Shown here: positions 61,211 through 64,000 of the stretch, one piece after another
Position numbering within the stretch: the first letter of the stretch is position 1
Layout of the letters: every line of letters begins with the position of its first letter
Notes under the pieces: model-generated
What the model saw: only the letters and a program-made list of their open reading frames with translations
Told to the model about the DNA's origin: nothing
Databases searched by the model: none
Program-made: the position numbers and the translations under genes
From: Takakia lepidozioides
Taxonomy: Eukaryota; Plantae; Bryophyta
Direction of reading: 5' to 3'
Length of the DNA stretch: 64,000 nt
Assembly (NCBI GenBank): GCA_030704615.1
Contig: CM060733.1
Coordinates: 49,786,001 to 49,850,000, forward strand

Positions 61211-64000
61211 TCACCAGTACTCCCCACAAGAACAAACCCCATCTTCAAAGTGGTGAAAGCGGTTGGCATCCCGTACAACAATTGCTCGTCCAACGATCTT
61301 TGAGATGAACTTAGTGGCCGTGTGGCAGTCACCACACACCCGTAGGTTCTTGATGACGCGGAGAGGTGTCCCAGGGGCTGTGCTGATCAGCCCAAAAGCA
61401 ATGGCCAGGTTCTCACTGTGGTGGCAAAGAGAAAATTCCTCTCGCTCCTCCTCCGCATCATGAAATACCGAGTCTGTGTCAGGCACATACCCTGCCACCT
61501 TCATCTGCCCAGATAGTTTTCTCAGCTCAGAATGGATTGCCTCAATTTGCGGATGTGATTTGTCATCGATAACGAAGTTATGCACCCCATCGCTGACCTC
61601 AATGCAGGAGTAACCTGGCTCCTTTCTGACACGTCTGACCTTCATCATTTTTCTCACCTTAGCAGTATCGTCCCATCTACCAACTGCAGCATAGATGTTT
61701 GATAGCAACACATAAGTTCCAGCATCTTGTCCATCCCACTCGAGAATAGATTTTGCCGCACGTTCTGCCACCTCCACATTGCCATGACTCCTGCAGGCAC
61801 CAAGCAAGGCCCTCCACACCACAGCATCCGGTTTGATTGGCATTTTATTGATCAAATCCTCTGCCTCGTCCAATTGCCCTGCACGGCCAAGAAGGTCCAC
61901 CATGCAGCCAAAGTGCTGCACTGTTGGAGTCAGGCCATGATCTTGACTCAGGGAATCAAAGAAGTGTCTGCCTTCATCTAGTAGGCCCCCATGGCTGCAT
62001 GCAGAGAGAACACATATAAAGGTGACATTGTTTGGCTTCAAGCCTTCCTTTTGCATTCCTTCAAATAGTTGTAGGACCTCCCTACGACAGCCATGCTGGG
62101 CATATCCTGCGGTCATTGCATTCCATGAAACCACATCTCGTTCAGCCATATTTTCAAACACTCCCTTTGCATCGTTGATGCTCCCACACTTGGCATACAT
62201 GTCGATGAGGGTAGTATCCAAGATGATATTTGGCACAATTCCAGCTTTCATGATGTCAGCATGGACCTCTTTGCCCTTTTCCAGAGCTCCCAGGCTGGCA
62301 CACGCATTGCAAACGCACACGAATGTTACCTGGTTGGGCTTCACCCCTTCCTGCATCATTTGATCGTAGGTTTTCAAAGCCTCCATCCCACACCCATGCT
62401 GGGCGTATCCTGTGATCATTGCAGCCCACGATACCACATTTCGTTCAGCCATATTGTTGAACAAGCCCTCTGCATCCTTGATGCTCCCGCATTTGGCATA
62501 CATGTCCACGAGGGAAGTGTCCAAGATGACATTTGGCACAATTCTGGCTTTCATGATGTCAGCATGGACCTCTTTGCCCTTTTCTAGGGCTCCCAGGCTG
62601 GCACATGCATTGCAAATGCAAACGAATGTGATCTGGTTGGGCTTCACCCCTTCCCACATCATTTGCTCATAGGTCTCCAAAGCCTCCATTCCAAAGCCAT
62701 GCTTGGCATATCCTGCAATCATCGCACCCCATGACACAACATTTCGAGCAGGCATATTGTCGAACACTCCCTTTGCATCCTTGAGGCTCCCACATTTGGC
62801 ATACATGTCGACAAGGGAAGTATCCAAGATGATATTTGGCACAATTCCAGCTTTCGTGATGTCAGCATGGACCTCTTTGCCCTTTTCCAGGGCTCCTAGG
62901 CTAGCACACGCATTGCAAATGCAGACGAATGTGACTTGGTTGGGCTTCACCCCATCCTGCATCATTTGCTCATAGGTCTCCAAAGCCTCCATCCCGAACC
63001 CTTGCTGGGCATACCCTGCTATCATTGCACCCCAGGAAACCACATTTCGTTCAGCCATATTGTTGAATACTCCCTTTGCATCCTCGATGCTCCCGCATTT
63101 GGCATACATGTCCACTAGGGTAGTGTCCAAGATGACATTTGGCAGAATTCTTGCTTCCACGATGTCACCGTGGACTTCTTTTCCCTTTCTAAGATCGGCC
63201 AAGCTGGCACACGCCTTGAGGACGCAAATGAAGGTGACCTCATTGGGTGTCACTCCTTCCCGCATCATTTGCTGATAGGTCTCAAGGGTTTCCCTATAAT
63301 ATCCCTGCTTCACATACCCTGCCATCAGTATATTCCACGTAATCAAACCTCGTTCTGGCATATTGTCAAACACCAGGCGTGCATCCACAATGCTCCCACA
63401 CTTGGCATGCATGTTGACAATGGTGTTGTGTAGAAAGAGGTCTGGCTTGAATCCACTTTGGATAATGTGGAAATGCACCTGCTTGCCCTCTGCTAGACCT
63501 TTCATCTTGATGCACTCCTGCAAGAGACAAATATAAGTTTTGGAGTCTGCCGAAATACCTCCTTGGTTCAAAGTCTGCAACGCCTCTTTGAGTTGACCTG
63601 CCCTGCACAGTGTCCTTACATCCCAACATTTTTCAAAAGAGGTCGTCCTGGTGGGGGTGCCTGATTTACACAACTTTGCTGCCGCTGCTTTAAGTTGACC
63701 ATCCCACAGAGGTTTCTTGTAGCTATCAATCCGTAATCCCTCGTGGGTACTCTTGTGCCTGAAATCTGGTCCTAACCGACGAATCTTTTTGCCTCGATTG
63801 TCCCGACGTGGACCAGGGCTTGATAATTTTCCCTTCCACAGCTTCTCCTCGTTTGACATTGGAACTTTTGGATATTTGGGCCTAGCTGCATTCAGCTCCT
63901 CCAATTCACCATCCACCCGCACGGGCTTCTTGTATCTATCTATCCAGTTGTTACTCTTGTGATTGAACTCTGCTCCTCTACGATGGGTCTTTCTGCCTCG
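61211..64000 (-). CDS. PLS-class PPR protein with E1/E2 and DYW deaminase domain (organellar C-to-U editing factor); the frame stays open past the right edge
   Basis: Repeated P-L-S triplets; MVDLLGRAG; EPGYSCIEV; HSENLA; CGDCHTATKFISK; ends CSCGEYW. No stop between 63922 and 64000. Confidence 0.95.
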   Translation of the reverse strand, partial: RGRKTHRRGAEFNHKSNNWIDRYKKPVRVDGELEELNAARPKYPKVPMSNEEKLWKGKLSSPGPRRDNRGKKIRRLGPDFRHKSTHEGLRIDSYKKPLWDGQLKAAAAKLCKSGTPTRTTSFEKCWDVRTLCRAGQLKEALQTLNQGGISADSKTYICLLQECIKMKGLAEGKQVHFHIIQSGFKPDLFLHNTIVNMHAKCGSIVDARLVFDNMPERGLITWNILMAGYVKQGYYRETLETYQQMMREGVTPNEVTFICVLKACASLADLRKGKEVHGDIVEARILPNVILDTTLVDMYAKCGSIEDAKGVFNNMAERNVVSWGAMIAGYAQQGFGMEALETYEQMMQDGVKPNQVTFVCICNACASLGALEKGKEVHADITKAGIVPNIILDTSLVDMYAKCGSLKDAKGVFDNMPARNVVSWGAMIAGYAKHGFGMEALETYEQMMWEGVKPNQITFVCICNACASLGALEKGKEVHADIMKARIVPNVILDTSLVDMYAKCGSIKDAEGLFNNMAERNVVSWAAMITGYAQHGCGMEALKTYDQMMQEGVKPNQVTFVCVCNACASLGALEKGKEVHADIMKAGIVPNIILDTTLIDMYAKCGSINDAKGVFENMAERDVVSWNAMTAGYAQHGCRREVLQLFEGMQKEGLKPNNVTFICVLSACSHGGLLDEGRHFFDSLSQDHGLTPTVQHFGCMVDLLGRAGQLDEAEDLINKMPIKPDAVVWRALLGACRSHGNVEVAERAAKSILEWDGQDAGTYVLLSNIYAAVGRWDDTAKVRKMMKVRRVRKEPGYSCIEVSDGVHNFVIDDKSHPQIEAIHSELRKLSGQMKVAGYVPDTDSVFHDAEEEREEFSLCHHSENLAIAFGLISTAPGTPLRVIKNLRVCGDCHTATKFISKIVGRAIVVRDANRFHHFEDGVCSCGEYW

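Overview
Eukaryotic nuclear DNA from a non-seed land plant, bryophyte or lycophyte grade. This is inferred from the PAL C-terminus '...GTPGPF', multiple PLS-DYW PPR genes and several genes without obvious flowering-plant counterparts. Host genes in order: the 5' end of a PPR gene (-); a flavin amine oxidase (+) with a U12 AT-AC intron and a near-complete LINE in intron 6; an FBXO15-like F-box gene (-); class IV histone deacetylase HDA2 (+); a helicase-less family A DNA polymerase of Pol nu/theta type (-); a bacterial-type SDR with a PTS2 signal and an in-frame stop (-); a decayed PLS-DYW PPR (-); PAL (+); an intronless glucose-6-phosphate 1-epimerase (-); and an intact PLS-DYW PPR (-). Accessory DNA includes an abundant (CT)n-associated single-ORF LINE family (RTE-X-like, about 10 pieces), two L1 elements, a Helentron-type Helitron remnant, tRNA-derived SINE heads, and a dispersed 25S/28S rDNA fragment fused to decayed unknown ORFs. 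The most striking observations are the C-rich-donor/G-rich-acceptor intron architecture, the microsatellite-associated LINE, the FBXO15-like and POLN-like genes, and the peroxisome-targeted bacterial-type SDR. All homology calls were made by eye from recalled motifs; no database search was run.
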